A DNA stretch of 64,000 nucleotides. Origin: Entomortierella parvispora E1425. Taxonomy: Eukaryota; Fungi; Mortierellomycota. The notes beneath the pieces are model-generated. The model made no database searches and was not told the DNA's origin. It saw only the letters and a program-made list of their open reading frames with translations. The stretch spans positions 2,170,001 to 2,234,000 of the forward strand of contig BQFW01000012.1 of NCBI GenBank assembly GCA_020891255.1. Reading direction: 5' to 3'. Positions 10,613-22,847 of this stretch are shown one piece after another (position 1 is the first letter of the stretch; each line of letters begins with the position of its first letter). The position numbers and the translations under genes were made by a program.

Positions 10613-13600
10613 ATGGCTCGACCTGCCGGCCAGATCACCAATGCTGTCCTCCTGACCGTCTACCCGCATCTCTTAAGACTGGACGACTTTCTCACCGCTC
10701 ATGTCGGTCCCTCCGTGGAATTCGTCCTCAGGTCCGACCCTCGCCAGTACAAGGACCTCATTCACAACACCCTCGTCGGCACCCTCGGTGGAAAAGACTC
10801 AAAGCCGTTCCCACCTTACAAGGGACCATCGCCACAGGCCTGTCAGGACACTGTATGTTCGCGTATTTGGACTCTGTGCCCCTAGTTTATTGACTCTAAA
10901 CAAATCGACTTGTCTGACTCTTGTTGTTCACGCGGTAGATTGTCGATCGCGCTATTGAACTCACAAGTTCACAATCACGAAGCGACGCGTGCACCAATGT
11001 CCTTGCGACAGGGTACTTTAGTGTAAGTAACAATGGCAGAACGGACATAGTGTGGGAGACCATAATCGAACCGATGTTAACCAAACGTGCATGATGATCA
11101 GCTTGCGACTAGGCCCATCAAAAATATCCCGGCCAATTCACTCGAGCCGTTCGTCAGATCTGCTCTCTGGGAGACTCTTACCAGAAGGTACGCGAGAATC
11201 AACAACAGGATTTTTTCTTGGAGCAATTTTGCGCATACTCATCTTGCCTTGCATAACATGCTCGATGGATTAGGATCGGAGAAGAGGCGATGCTGTACTT
11301 GTTGACGGCAACTTCAATTTTTGCCTCGCTACCCAACAATTGCTACTGTCAAATCACTGGACGAGCCATGAACGATCTCATCGGACCCAAAGCTCCACTC
11401 AAACAACACGTGCCGTCTTGTCTGTCAACCAGTCGAAAGCGACCGGCAGCAGCCTTGGATAGCCCTGGACCCAACAGCTCATCTGTACGACCGACAGCCT
11501 CAGATACCTGCCCCGCACCGGTGAAACCTTTGAAAAAGAAAAAGGGAAACGAAAAGAAGCCGGCCAACAAAGATTACGTGCCTCTGGCGAGCATCTTTTT
11601 CAGGAGAGGAAAGATATTTTACGCTCAAAAGCGGCGATACGATGATGGAAAATTTCATTGCAAGTCTTGAGCCTTTTTTTTCTTGAACGAGTAATGATTT
11701 GAACTCCTCGATGAATGGTACTAATGCGATTGCCGATCATAGGGAACAGGGACTCCACTGTGGACTCTTTGATGCAGAGAATGTTTCCGAGGCAATACGG
11801 ATTGAAAAACGTGTTCCAAACAAAGGTCCCAGCCAATGGCACGTTCTCGTCCACTGCCACCGATGGCCCACCCAAAAAGACGCCAAAGCCGACGTGGCGC
11901 CTCCGGCAGATGAAAATATTGGTGGAAACAATGCTCAAGCAGAGTCATGAATGCAAACAGAGACTTCTGCTGCTGTATTACTGCCCTGTCAAGGTACGTT
12001 GCTCTTGAAGAATCCACTTCCTATACTGTTTTCCATGGCTAATCGATTCTCAATGCATCTTAACCCTAGGTGATGGACGATGCAGATGGGGGATGGGATG
12101 CTTCACCGGCAGAGTTGCTAAAGAGTGACTCGTCTTTTGACGAGGCAAGTTGCTTTGATGGATTTTCAGAAACAGATGAAGTTGTGATTATGTGGTTTTA
12201 ACTTGTCGATTTGCATGTTTCTTTAATTAGGTAACATCTTTTGTTCATTCAATGGTCAAAAAGATCATCCCACTAGCAATGTTTGGATCTGAAGAAAACC
12301 GGGCTGTGATCTTACGGAGTAAGAAATCAAATATGATCACCACTCTTCCTTCTTTGAAGGTGGGTGCTAGGAATGTTGACTCGTGGAGCTGGAACTCACC
12401 ATCCGTCTCTGTTAGCCATGACAAGATTTATTCGCCTTCGTAAACTCGAGACCATGTCTCTTCTATACGCGCTTCAAGGATTCCGCCTAAACGACTGCGA
12501 GTGGCTTCGGGATCAAAAAGTTGGCCAAAAGGATAGCGGCGTCCACCATGTCCCACCCACAGCCACCTCGAAGCAGCACGAGATCTTGTACGAGTTTATC
12601 TATTGGCTCTTTGAGGGCTTTCTTATACCCCTGCTCAAGGTATAGGACGAACTCTCTCTTTTGTATATATTTGTAGTCGAGGGACTTCGTGCTCAATGGC
12701 TGCTAATACGTACCTCCACACGCTTTTCCCGCTGTAGTCCAACTTTTACGTTTCAGACAGCTCTTACCAACGCAACAAGATGCTTTACTTCCGTCAAGAC
12801 CTCTGGCGTAGAATCACCAAGCCTGCCCTTGCCTCACTCAAAAGCAAGATGTTTATCAAAATGCAACAGGTATTGTGGCTCTTTGCGCGTGGAAAAGCTT
12901 GATTTTAACATCGATTTGTCAATGTACCGAAGTTGATGAAAGCTGTATCTCACCACCCCGCTTTTTCTCTTGTTCATTTCCAGAATGAAGTCGCGGCGTG
13001 CAACAAACTTTACTCAACAATCCGTCTTCTGCCAAAGGAACATGATTTACGGCCCATCAGCAACTTGCGGAAGAAATCAACCAGACTTGTAAGTTTATGT
13101 TGATCCACTAATTTCGCCTTTCGGCAAAGTTGACATGATGTTAATACTTGTACACTCCACGTAGGTCAACGGTATGCAGGCTTTTGGCGTGTTTTCGGCA
13201 AACCAGCAAGTGGCCAATGCTTTTCAGGTGTTGTCATTTGAGAGGACAAGACACGAGTTGAATAGCTCGGCCAATGGCATGAGCGATCTATACCAACGAC
13301 TGAAGCAACTGAAGGCAAAACTCGTCAATTCACCCGAGCCAACACCGTAAGTCTTGTTTCGATGACCTTTTGGGTGTCCATTGTAGGGTGGTGCCTTTTC
13401 TTACGACCGTATTCAATGACGGACATAGGAAAAAGCTGTTCATGGTCAAGGTGGACATCAAGAAATCATTCGATTCGATTAATCAGACCAAGCTCTTGGA
13501 AATCATGGACACCATCTTGAAGGAGGTCAGTTTTTATGGCTTGTACAAATGTGCTACCCTCTGGTTTGCTTCTCCTCCTGCCAGTGGAAAACTAACCCGT

Positions 13601-15362
13601 ATCAAATGGCCCTTTATCTTTTAGGATAAATACCTCATCCATTGGCACTCCAAACTGATTCCTTCTGCTGGAAGAATCTCTAAACGATTCATCAAGAGAG
13701 CGCTCCCAGTAGGCAATGTCCAGCCTTTTGTAGAGTACGCAACTGAGGAGGCTTTGGCCTCCAAAAACGCCATTCTGGTTGACAAGGTAAGAAGGATTTT
13801 CTTTCAATAATCATGACACGAAGACCTATTGAGAATCGGATCTAATGAATCGGCCAATCTTCATCTTGCTACTTTACAAATATAGCCGCGAGTGGCTCCA
13901 GCATACCAGAGAAAGGGCGATACGCTAAGTCTGCTCAGAGACCACGTTCAGCAAAACATTGTCAGGTTTGGCAAGGACTTTTATCGACAAACAACTGGCA
14001 TTCCTCAAGGATCTGTTCTTTCGCCCGCACTGTGCAGGTAATAACCAGGATGAAATACTGCTCTCACCAATCGTAATTTATTTATCTGACCAACACCCTT
14101 GCTCCTCGCTATATACGTACAGATTCTTCTACGATGAAATGGAAAAGCATTCCTTGGGAGAGCTTGCGCACTCCACCGATAGTGTAAGCCTACCGTTGCT
14201 TCCATATCATGACAAATACTCCCTCCAAACCATCTATGCAAGACTGACAGAGAATGTATATTCCTTATATAGGCGTTGGTGCGATTAGCGGACGACTTTT
14301 TATTCATCAGCAAGAACATCGACAAAGCAAAGTCGTTCCTGAATGTAATGTCCGCTGGCCATCGGGAATACGGCTGTTATATCAATGAAAAGAAGACCAT
14401 CGTCAACTTTGATGTCACTTTGAATGGAGCTCCAGTTCAAAAAATCTCTGGCAACGGTAAGAGAAAAAAAACAAGGGACTAAAGCGGCAGATCATCAACG
14501 TGTTTGATAAGATCCTAAACCGCTTGTGCTTTGACTCGTTGGTTCTACCTAGAATTTCCGTATTGTGGTTTACTGTTACATACAAGGACCCTGGATATCA
14601 GTGCAGACTACGGACGGTACCAAGGTGAAGGTAAGATAAAAGAAAAATGAATGTTCTTCTTCAGGCTACTCTATTTCGCGTAAATTGAACCCAGGTTGTT
14701 CTCTTGCATAGATGTTCGCGATTTGTTGACTGTGGGACGAGACAGACAACCAGGAAAATCCATTATCTACAAGATGAAAAAGTAAAACAAACAGGGCTGA
14801 TCGATTGTTGGATAGTTGTTTTTTTTTGTTGTGTAGTCTGTGTTCTGACTATGGAGGATTTGAATATTTTTTTTTATTCTTTAGGGCGATGCAACACATG
14901 TGTCAGATGGCGTTTGCGGACACAACCCACAACTCGATGCGGACGGTGATGAGGAACGTGTACCAAAACTTTTTGTTTTGTGCCATGAAATTTCATTCGT
15001 ACTGTCAAGAACTGGTGCGGGACCCGAACACGCGCCATCATCTCCAACCGACGTCGCTGCCTGCGGTCGTCCAGTGTATTTTCAAGGCCTGCTTTAGGCT
15101 CTTGCACAATGGCGCGCGCTCCACGATTGGCGTTCAGGCGGGGGTCCAGTTCCAAATTGCAGAAAGACATGTGCATTGGCTGGGCGCCAAGGCCTTTTGT
15201 ACGAAACTGCCGCGCTCCGACCTCTATGCGCCCTTGCGGGTGGCATTGCAGGAACAGATTCTGAACCCGTTGGCGCGCGGACGAAATATTCAAATCAAAA
15301 AAATGTTGATGTCGGTGGTCAACGACCCACGCAACAAGATCATGGACGGGATTCGGTACTAG
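10613..15362 (+). CDS. TERT: Telomerase reverse transcriptase, about 17-18 exons
   Basis: TEN-like NVLATGY, W..L..RIGEEAMLYLL..SIFASLPNNCYCQITG; QFP-like MFPRQYGLKNVF; CP-like LLLYYCP; T motif WLFEGFLIPLLK|SNFYVSDSSYQRNKMLYFRQDLW; motifs 1/2 IRLLPKEHDLRPISNL; motif A FMVKVDIKKSFDSI; B' QTTGIPQGSVLS; C RLADDFLFIS; D GHREYGCYINEKKT; E FPYCG; C-terminal thumb ..RNVYQNFLFCAMKFHSY. The motifs occur in canonical order and the exons join in frame. Confidence 0.97.
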
Positions 15363-15556
15363 CTTTGGCGATTCACTCTGTACAAACAAACATGCGTGCG
15401 CGAGAGGTGTGGTCTTGACATGGCTTTCGAGCCCAATCTTCCTTTTTCTTTATTTTGGGAAAACCAACACGAGCACAACTCGATCCAAAAAAATAAAAAT
15501 AAAAAATAAAACAAGAGATACAAGAGTCAACCCAATCAAAACATGAAAAGAGAAAA

Positions 15557-18500
15557 CTACAGTTCAATCAAGGGTGCCTCCACTACTGGTGGAGCTGGTG
15601 GAGCAAAGGCCTGCTGCTGCTGCTGCTGAGGCGGCTGCTGCTGGTATTGTGGCTGAGGATGAATAGGGGGCAGCTGTTGTTGAGTCTGTTGAGGGTTGTA
15701 CTGCGATGGAGCTGAACCTGAGAACTGCTGGGGAATAGGTGCGACGGGCTGTTGCTGTTGTTGAGGCTGCTGCTGAGGATCATATGTATACGTCTGCTGT
15801 TGCTGAGGGGTGAAAGAGGCAGGTCCCAAAACAGAATGCATCGACTGTTGCTGCTGTGCAGGTGGAGATTGGATGGGCTGATATTGGCCAGGGGCCGACA
15901 TGGGTTGCTCCATAGGGGACGAAACAGGCTGCAATTGTCCTGGAGCAGTTCCGTTGACTGGTTGTTGAGGTTGGAAAGCGTACTGGTTCTGAGGAACCGA
16001 AGATGGAGGCTGAGATCCAGGAGCTGTGGTCATGGGTGCAGTAGAATATGGCTGCTGCTGCTGCTGCTGCTGTGGTTGTTGCTGCTGATACTGCTGTTGT
16101 TGCTGCTGATACTGCTGTTGTTGCTGTTGATCAACAGGCGCAGACGAAGGAACGCCATAGGACACATTGGCAGTTACAGCTGGCTGAAGCTGAGGCGTTT
16201 GGTATGGATATGGGGACTGCTGCTGCTGCTGCAACTGCGCTGGAGGCTGGGTGTGCTGGTAAGGTGCCTGGTATGCAAGCTGAGGGGTCTGAGGGACGAA
16301 CTGCTGGCCGTTGGTCGTAGGGGCATATTGCGGGTAGCGAGGGTCCGCGTTCGCCAACTGGGGGTATACATGGCTGCTTTGAGGGGTTTGAGGCATAGCC
16401 GGACTCTGGTACATTCCTGGAGCACTATATCCGTTCGTGTTCATCCGTCGCTGATATGAGGCATTGAGCTTCTCCTGCAAGAGGTGGTCGTACATACGAA
16501 CTGCGTGGTCAATCTTTTCATTATATCCAACAAACTCCTCTAAAAAAATGAAATAAAAAAAATGTGTGAGCGGTGGATAGGTTGCGCCGTATGAATGATT
16601 GTTCCGCGTTGTGGTCGGCAAGACATACGTTGCTTGCGAGCAGACTCCTCTAAGCTGAGTGCGACCTTCATTTGCAGCTTTGAGATTTGTTCATAAAGGG
16701 CCTGAACTTCTCTGTTTCCAGACACATCTCCTTGCATCATTTGGATCCTGTCCACCAACACTGAGAACATTTCAATATTGGACTTTTCCGTCTCGGTCAA
16801 CTCGTTCACGGAAGCGACAGCAACCTACAAAGAAAGCAAACGAAAAGAGCCGTTAAGACAATGAATTCAAAATATTGAAACGACAACTTCAAAAGGGGCA
16901 AATAAATAGCCGATATAGCACGTACCACAGGCTTCTTGTTGTAGGTATAGGAGGAATAGGATGATTGGCGCTGGGAGGAGCGAGGCGCCTGAGCAGCGGA
17001 CGATGAGGACGATGATCGAATGTTTGTTTCTCTCAGAGAGGCCTCGATAGCCGCCAACAAGTCAGCATCCTCCTCTTCCTGAGTCGGAACTGGCGCCTTC
17101 TTGACAGGCTCAGTGTTGGACCTCTTTGGGGCAGAAAATCCTGGATGGTTGTTGGCTTCCTTGAGCGACAATTCAATTGCTTTTTTGAGATCCTCGTCCT
17201 CGGTCGACGCCGCCGACTTTGCAGGGGTGGTTGTGGCTGCCTTTGAGATGGTCGCTGAAAGGGGTGCCGCTGAGCTACTACTCTTCCCCATACTGTGCAC
17301 AAACTCTGCCGCTCCGCCGAGTCCGTGACCTTCAAGTGCAACCTGGCTCTTGTAGCCCAGCTTCTTTTTCATATAACAGCCGTCGCAGACACGGACCTCC
17401 TGGGTCACGCCGAGATTGGGCAGGGCCATTGTCTTGCTAGAACATTGCCCGCAAAAAGTTGAACCGCAGGCGCGACAATGATGCTTTCTGTTGGTGAGCG
17501 TGAATACTGAACGACAACGGACGCAAACATCGGAATCCGTCCAATCTGGGGGCTACAAGAACAACAATATAAGAAAAAGTGCTGGTTCAGTACACGGCCC
17601 TACTACTGGTCCTCCTCATGCTTTGCCACTAAACCATCCAGTTCAGTCAGGGCCATACCGCTTCAGATTCAACCAAGGCAGCTCCAATGTTGTCCGCGGG
17701 AGGGAACTGAAAGCCTTCATGCTGCAAAATCATGTAGGTGTCGCAAACGTATCCGAGACCGTGTTTTCCTCTGAATAGCTGACCCCAAGTTTGGATAAGT
17801 CCCAAGATACGGGTTTTGACCTCAAGGTTGCATCCAGCCTAGAACATGATGAAAAGACAGAATACATGGCCTTTGTGAGAAGGTCGTGTTTTTTTTCCTC
17901 TAATGATCGGTCTTCTGAACAATCCTTAGTTTTGCTCCTCAGTCAAATAAAAAAAAAAAAACTCACAGGTGCCTTGAGAATCGAAGTCAAGTTGTCGATA
18001 AACTCGCGCGCTGCAATCTCGACCAAGAAGTGATGTCCTCCATTCTTCACGCAGACATCCGTCAACTAGTCCATGACACATGGTAAGAAAACGACTTGGG
18101 TTAGTAAAAAAAAATCGATTCCAGAACAGCTCTTTTTCGTCCATCTGATTTCTGGCGCTGTCATCTCCTTCACACGGTCCTGTTCAATTACCCCGAGGGC
18201 CAGCAACTGGACATTAGGATTCTTGTGCCCAATGCGTCTCTTGAGAGCCTTGGCGGCATCCTTGGGCGAGACCTGCTTGGACCGAATCTGGTCACAGATT
18301 TCCAAGTTCAAGGCCAAGTCTTCTGACCCAGTCGGCAGATTCTCAGATGTCGCTTTGTCTAGAGAGTTTTTTTCCCCATCATCACCAGACAGAGAACACC
18401 GTGTTAGTTGTGTTGTGGTGTTGCGCGTATCGTTCTTTGTGTTGGCGGTTGACAATGCCAAGTATTTTGTTTCGTGTCACGAGAGTCGAACGATGGGGGG

Positions 18501-18588
18501 CGTGGGGGAGGAGGAAATGCGTGTTCGGTGCCGTCTCATTCTTACCGACAAGGTCGTCAATGGCAGAAGTACTCCAGAGCCAGGACAT
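15557..18588 (-). CDS. VPS27: Vacuolar protein sorting 27 / Hrs (ESCRT-0): VHS, FYVE and two UIM domains, Q/P-rich tail
   Basis: VHS: [52 protein letters not shown]: [22 protein letters not shown]. UIMs: [15 protein letters not shown] and [17 protein letters not shown]-terminus ends PLIEL. Confidence 0.95.
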
Positions 18589-18798
18589 TGTGTAAAAGGG
18601 AAAGGGGGGAGGAGAATGGTGGAGAAGAGATGGATTGTGGTTCGCAAAGACAATGAAATGAGAAAAGAAAAGAAAAAAAGAAAACCAAAAAAAAAGGGCG
18701 TTATTGGCTGGAACTTTATTGAAGCGCGCCCTCTGCGCCATGGCGATGCATGTGGACATGGGAAAAAAAAAGGGTGGACCCTTTCTCCTTACTGTTTT

Positions 18799-20179
18799 CT
18801 AATCGTCATCGTCATCGTCCAGAACAATCACCTTGTGCAGCCATTCTGACTTTTCTTGACCATCAATGCTCCGTCTTCGACGACGCTTCCTGTACGCACC
18901 CTTCAAAACTCGGAACGTCATGACCTCTCCCTCGCGAATCTCTTCAATCGAATTTTCGTCCTCAAGTATCAACAGGCATTCTGTTATCAACTTCATCTTT
19001 TCCGCTTCTTCGTGAACCGGATGGAGACTTGGAAACTATTTGACCACAGAACAAGAAAATCGATGAAAAGAAGGGTCAGAGCTGTGCTAATCAGTCGGGG
19101 GCAGAGGACGCCAACGAGATATTCCGACGTACTCGTTGCTTGAGAAGAGCCGAGGCAGCGGATGAATTTCCTTCATCGCCCTCTATATCAAAGTAAGAAA
19201 ACGTTTTGCCTTCTCGGAGATTGAGCCACTCGCGCAGAGTCTGAAGAAGAGTCTCTTTGGTTGCCGGTGATGCTGTTGCTCGTTCCTAATCATAGAGAAA
19301 ACAAAAAAAAATGAGAATCTATACAATGAGGTCTGATTGAAAGACGCAAAAGTCTCATATCTCTGACAACATTACCGCCTCTTTGAAGATAATATCTGGC
19401 AGCACGGACTCCTGGGTATAAGCAGTGCGCTCTTGGTGCAGCACTCGCAATCGAAAAACAGTTTCATCATTGGGATCATGGCAGGGGGCTAAAAAGAACG
19501 CGACAGATGAATAAAACACGGGTATTTAGTCATGCAACGTCCCAGTCATGTATCCTTGACTCCAGCGACATGCGAGCAAGCAACTTCAAAGTACTTACAG
19601 ATTTTTCCAGGCAACACTGTCAATTGCATCCGACGGAGATAAGTTCCTGGGATGCCTTGCACCCTAACGACTTGCCCAATGTTGTACATCTCCAGACCTT
19701 TGATCGCATTGGTGCTGTATAACATCCTGTGCTCCTCAGGGATCCAAATAACGCATTGGATGGTTCCGGTCCCATCATCCACTGGAGTGCGTGAAAAAAA
19801 AAAAAAAAAAAAAAAAAAAAGGTCCACAAAGTGAGCGTGAGCGAAATAATTCCTGGAGGCAAAATTTGGTGGCGTATCAAACGAAGGGGACAACGGCTTA
19901 CAGGTGTAACTGTAGTGGGTTCCCCGGCGAAATACTCTCTGGATCACACCCATGGTCTCGACCATGGGGACGGGACGGGAGTGGTGGCAGTAGATTCCTA
20001 TATATCGGAATGGGCGTGTTAATACATGAACACCCAGTTCCTGGAAAAGAACAAGTTGAACTGCAAATGTTACCTTCGTGCTCTGGGAAAGAGGTCATGG
20101 CATTAATTTGAAAGATCAAGAGTTGCATGGGCACATGGAAAAGGGGATCCATGCCCCATAGGATTGGCGGTCTGCTCAT
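18799..20179 (-). CDS. STN1: CST complex subunit STN1 (OB fold plus probable winged-helix C-terminus), 6 exons, ~300 aa
   Basis: Manual splice: MSRPPILWGMDPLFHVPMQLLIFQINAMTSFPEHE|GIYCHHSRPVPMVETMGVIQRVFRRGTHYSYT|LDDGTGTIQCVIW..YNIGQVVRVQGIPGTYLRRMQL..|SPCHDPNDETVFRLRVLHQERTAYTQ.. This is collinear with human STN1 as I recall it (LLWGLDPVF..GVFLYNGHPIKQVDVLG..YSYGVDDSTGVINCICW..IGDTIRVRGSIRTY..DDP). All five introns are GT-AG and in phase. Confidence 0.85.
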
Positions 20180-20383
20180 CGGCGCAGCATAGTCGCGCGG
20201 AGGGAGGGTCGAGAGGATTGAGGAAAGAAAGACAAAAGAGAGAAAGAAAGAGCGCGACATCTCCACAGACCACATCTCTGCACGTCCGCTACCGACAAGC
20301 CACACGACCCAAAAATAAAAAAAAATGAGAGTAATGTTCTTTTTCTTCCAGCTCCCTTGTACACAACTCTGCATTAAACAACC

Positions 20384-21578
20384 ATGGAAGACGACGAACT
20401 TGAACAAATCCGCGCTCGGTAATGACTGGACCACAGGAATCGATGCCCCGACTAAGATGGAGGGACCATTGCGAGTGGTCTCGACATTGTCGCCTGAGAA
20501 GACACAGACCTCTTTTGACTAAACCAACTCTTTTTTTCCCATGCATCATTCTATAGCCGCATGGCAGAGCTCAGAGCTCAGGCTGGAGGCAGCTCCGGTG
20601 GCAGTAGCAGCATGGGACTCCCTGTAAGTCTGGATAACATTGAACGGTGGAATGGACTATGGAGGGCGTTATCATAGAAAGGCCTCGACTGAAAACTTAT
20701 TAACGTGATTTCCAATTGCGTTTCACCGGGAAACAGGCTGGATTGAGCGCCGGCAAGAAAGATGACGATGAAAAGGCCAAGAAGAGGTAACACAATGTCT
20801 ATTGATAACCATCATGGGGCTCAAAGCGATCTACGAAGTTCAATGCTGACCCGAAAGCGTCACTCTTTCTTTGTTCTTGTCGCCAATAGTCAAATGGAGG
20901 AGATGCGTCGCACAATGGTATGGCCCGCGCTCTTTTTTTTTTTATTTCACGCGGCACAGGTCTCACGGACACGGGATCATTCTTGATCTAATCGAAAAAC
21001 ACTTTCTTTCTCTTTCTCTCTCACGCCCATCTTTTTTCATTGTCGCGATAGCTCATTCAAATTTTGGATGGAGAGGCTCGCGAGCGCTGTAAGTAGAGAC
21101 TTTTCCAGAAGAAAAACAAATTTCGAGCCCAGAAAAAGACTAGATCAGAGCCATGTTGAAATTGACCCTTTCATCTTTTTTTTGTATTCCTAAATGATCC
21201 CTTTCTTTACGGTCAATGCAGTGTCCAGAATTGCCATGGTCAAGGCTGAGAAGGCCAGAGCTGTGGAGGATCTTTTGATCCGTATGGCCCAGGGAGGACA
21301 GGTCCGATCCAAGATCACGGAAACCCAGCTCATTGAGCTCTTGGAGCAGGTTAACCAGCAGACCAACAAGGGCACCAAGATTGTGGTATGAAAACAAAAT
21401 GACGTGCCACTGTCTGGCGCGTACTCTGTTCCTTCATTTTTCAGTCCATTGATCCGTGAACATCTCAAGTGGATCCATTACTCACTTTTTTTTGCCCCTC
21501 TCTTTCTCTGTACTTTCAATCATTCAATAGTATAACCGCAGACGTTACGATGACTCGGATGATGACTATGGACTTTAA
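20384..21578 (+). CDS. PDCD5: Programmed cell death protein 5 (PDCD5/SDD2, dsDNA-binding family), 7 small exons
   Basis: MEDDELEQIRA|RMAEL..|QMEEMRRTM|LIQILDGEARERL|SRIAMVKAEKARAVEDLLIRMAQGGQVRSKITETQLIELLEQV..TKIV|YNRRRYDDSDDDYGL*. Confidence 0.93.
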
Positions 21579-21834
21579 GAGAAAAGGTCGCCCGGATGAG
21601 ACTGATGTAGCGTGAACGGAACATTGAATATATCTTTATTACCACTCTTTGAGCGATCAAGAATATATCGCGACCAAGTAGCTCATGGTTATCAGATTTG
21701 TATTGGGTTTTCTGGGCAAGCAAGTCGCGTCATCGAATTGCGCCGCCTAATATCCAGTGGACGCCACTTTTTTGTACAAAGAATGGAGAGGGTAGAAGAG
21801 AAGAGAGGGAAGTTGGAGATGGGCTGGGCCCATC

Positions 21835-22553
21835 TTATTGCTGCTGCTGAGCCTCCCATTGAGCAGGCGTGAAGGATTTCTAAAAGAAAGAAAAATGTGA
21901 AGGTTGCGTACAGGTTCGGTTAGGACAAGAGAGAATACACTGAGGATCGAGTCGTCTGGATGGCTCCTGGACACCATCTTTCTGAACGTTTCTTTTTTTT
22001 TTTTTTTTTTTTTTTTTGGGTGAAAGCCTCCGAGGAAAGAGGCAGAGTCTTACCTGAGAAAAGGCATGGACGAGAGCAATTTGCTCCTTTAGTGCCTCGT
22101 TGACCATGCGGTGCTTCTGGAGAGTGGTCTTTCCCTCAAACATGGGCGACACAATCATGATCTCAAAATTTTGTCCGCAGCCACCTACATCAAAAATCAT
22201 CCATGCGCGAAAATCTGATAAGGAAAAATAGCTCTCCGTGCGTGCACTGCGAGACAAGACAGGAAAGACAAAAAAAAAAAAAAAAAAGATGCAATTGCTA
22301 GCGCCTCAACATACCAGAGATATCCTTTCCCTCCTAGATAAACAAGGAACAAAAATAATGGAGAAGAACAGAGGGGTAGTCAATGTACATGATGACAAGA
22401 GCTGGAATGAACATACGGGTCTGTCAAATGTTGCGGACATTTCCAGCGAAAAAAAAAAAGAATGCAAAACCTTACGACATGAGTGGCGCCCAAGCGGGCC
22501 GTGCATGCCTCGGTGAGAGACTCGATCGTAACAGAGGTGGTGGGAGTAGACAT
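21835..22553 (-). CDS. BOL2: BolA-like protein (BolA2/Fra2 type), 4 exons including a ~19-nt microexon
   Basis: [26 protein letters not shown]|EGKDIS|[44 protein letters not shown]|[14 protein letters not shown]. The D.SGGCG and H-A-F motifs are typical of cytosolic BolA2. Confidence 0.9.
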
Positions 22554-22847
22554 TATGTTGTGATGGTATAGATGGAAAGGGAGGGGGATGGACAAGAGGA
22601 AATGAGAAAGAACAAAGAAAAAGAAAGAAATGGCACGATTTCGAATCAGATCAGTCAGACAGGCATTGAGTTTTCCTGACAAAACCTTATCAAAATTTCA
22701 AGTTCCTGGTGGCGCTCTCTGGCCCGAAGATGTCCGCGCGTCTGCGGGGACGTGGTTTTTCATCATCACCGGCTCGCTTTATTGCTATCGTGTGTGCTTC
22801 CACTCTCATCGCCTACATTCCTTCTTTCGTCGCACCCTATCGACCGC

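Noticed and set aside
12059-12069. CTTAACCCTAG inside TERT, resembling a telomerase RNA template (CTAACCCTAA)
   Set aside because: It is the 3' end of an ordinary intron (AG acceptor at 12068-12069) and not a full 1.5-repeat template. I found no convincing telomerase RNA template elsewhere in the window by eye; a covariance-model search would be needed.
10613-15362. Reverse transcriptase as evidence of a retrotransposon
   Set aside because: It has telomerase-specific TEN, QFP, CP and T motifs, many spliceosomal introns, and no gag, integrase, endonuclease or LTRs. This is cellular TERT.
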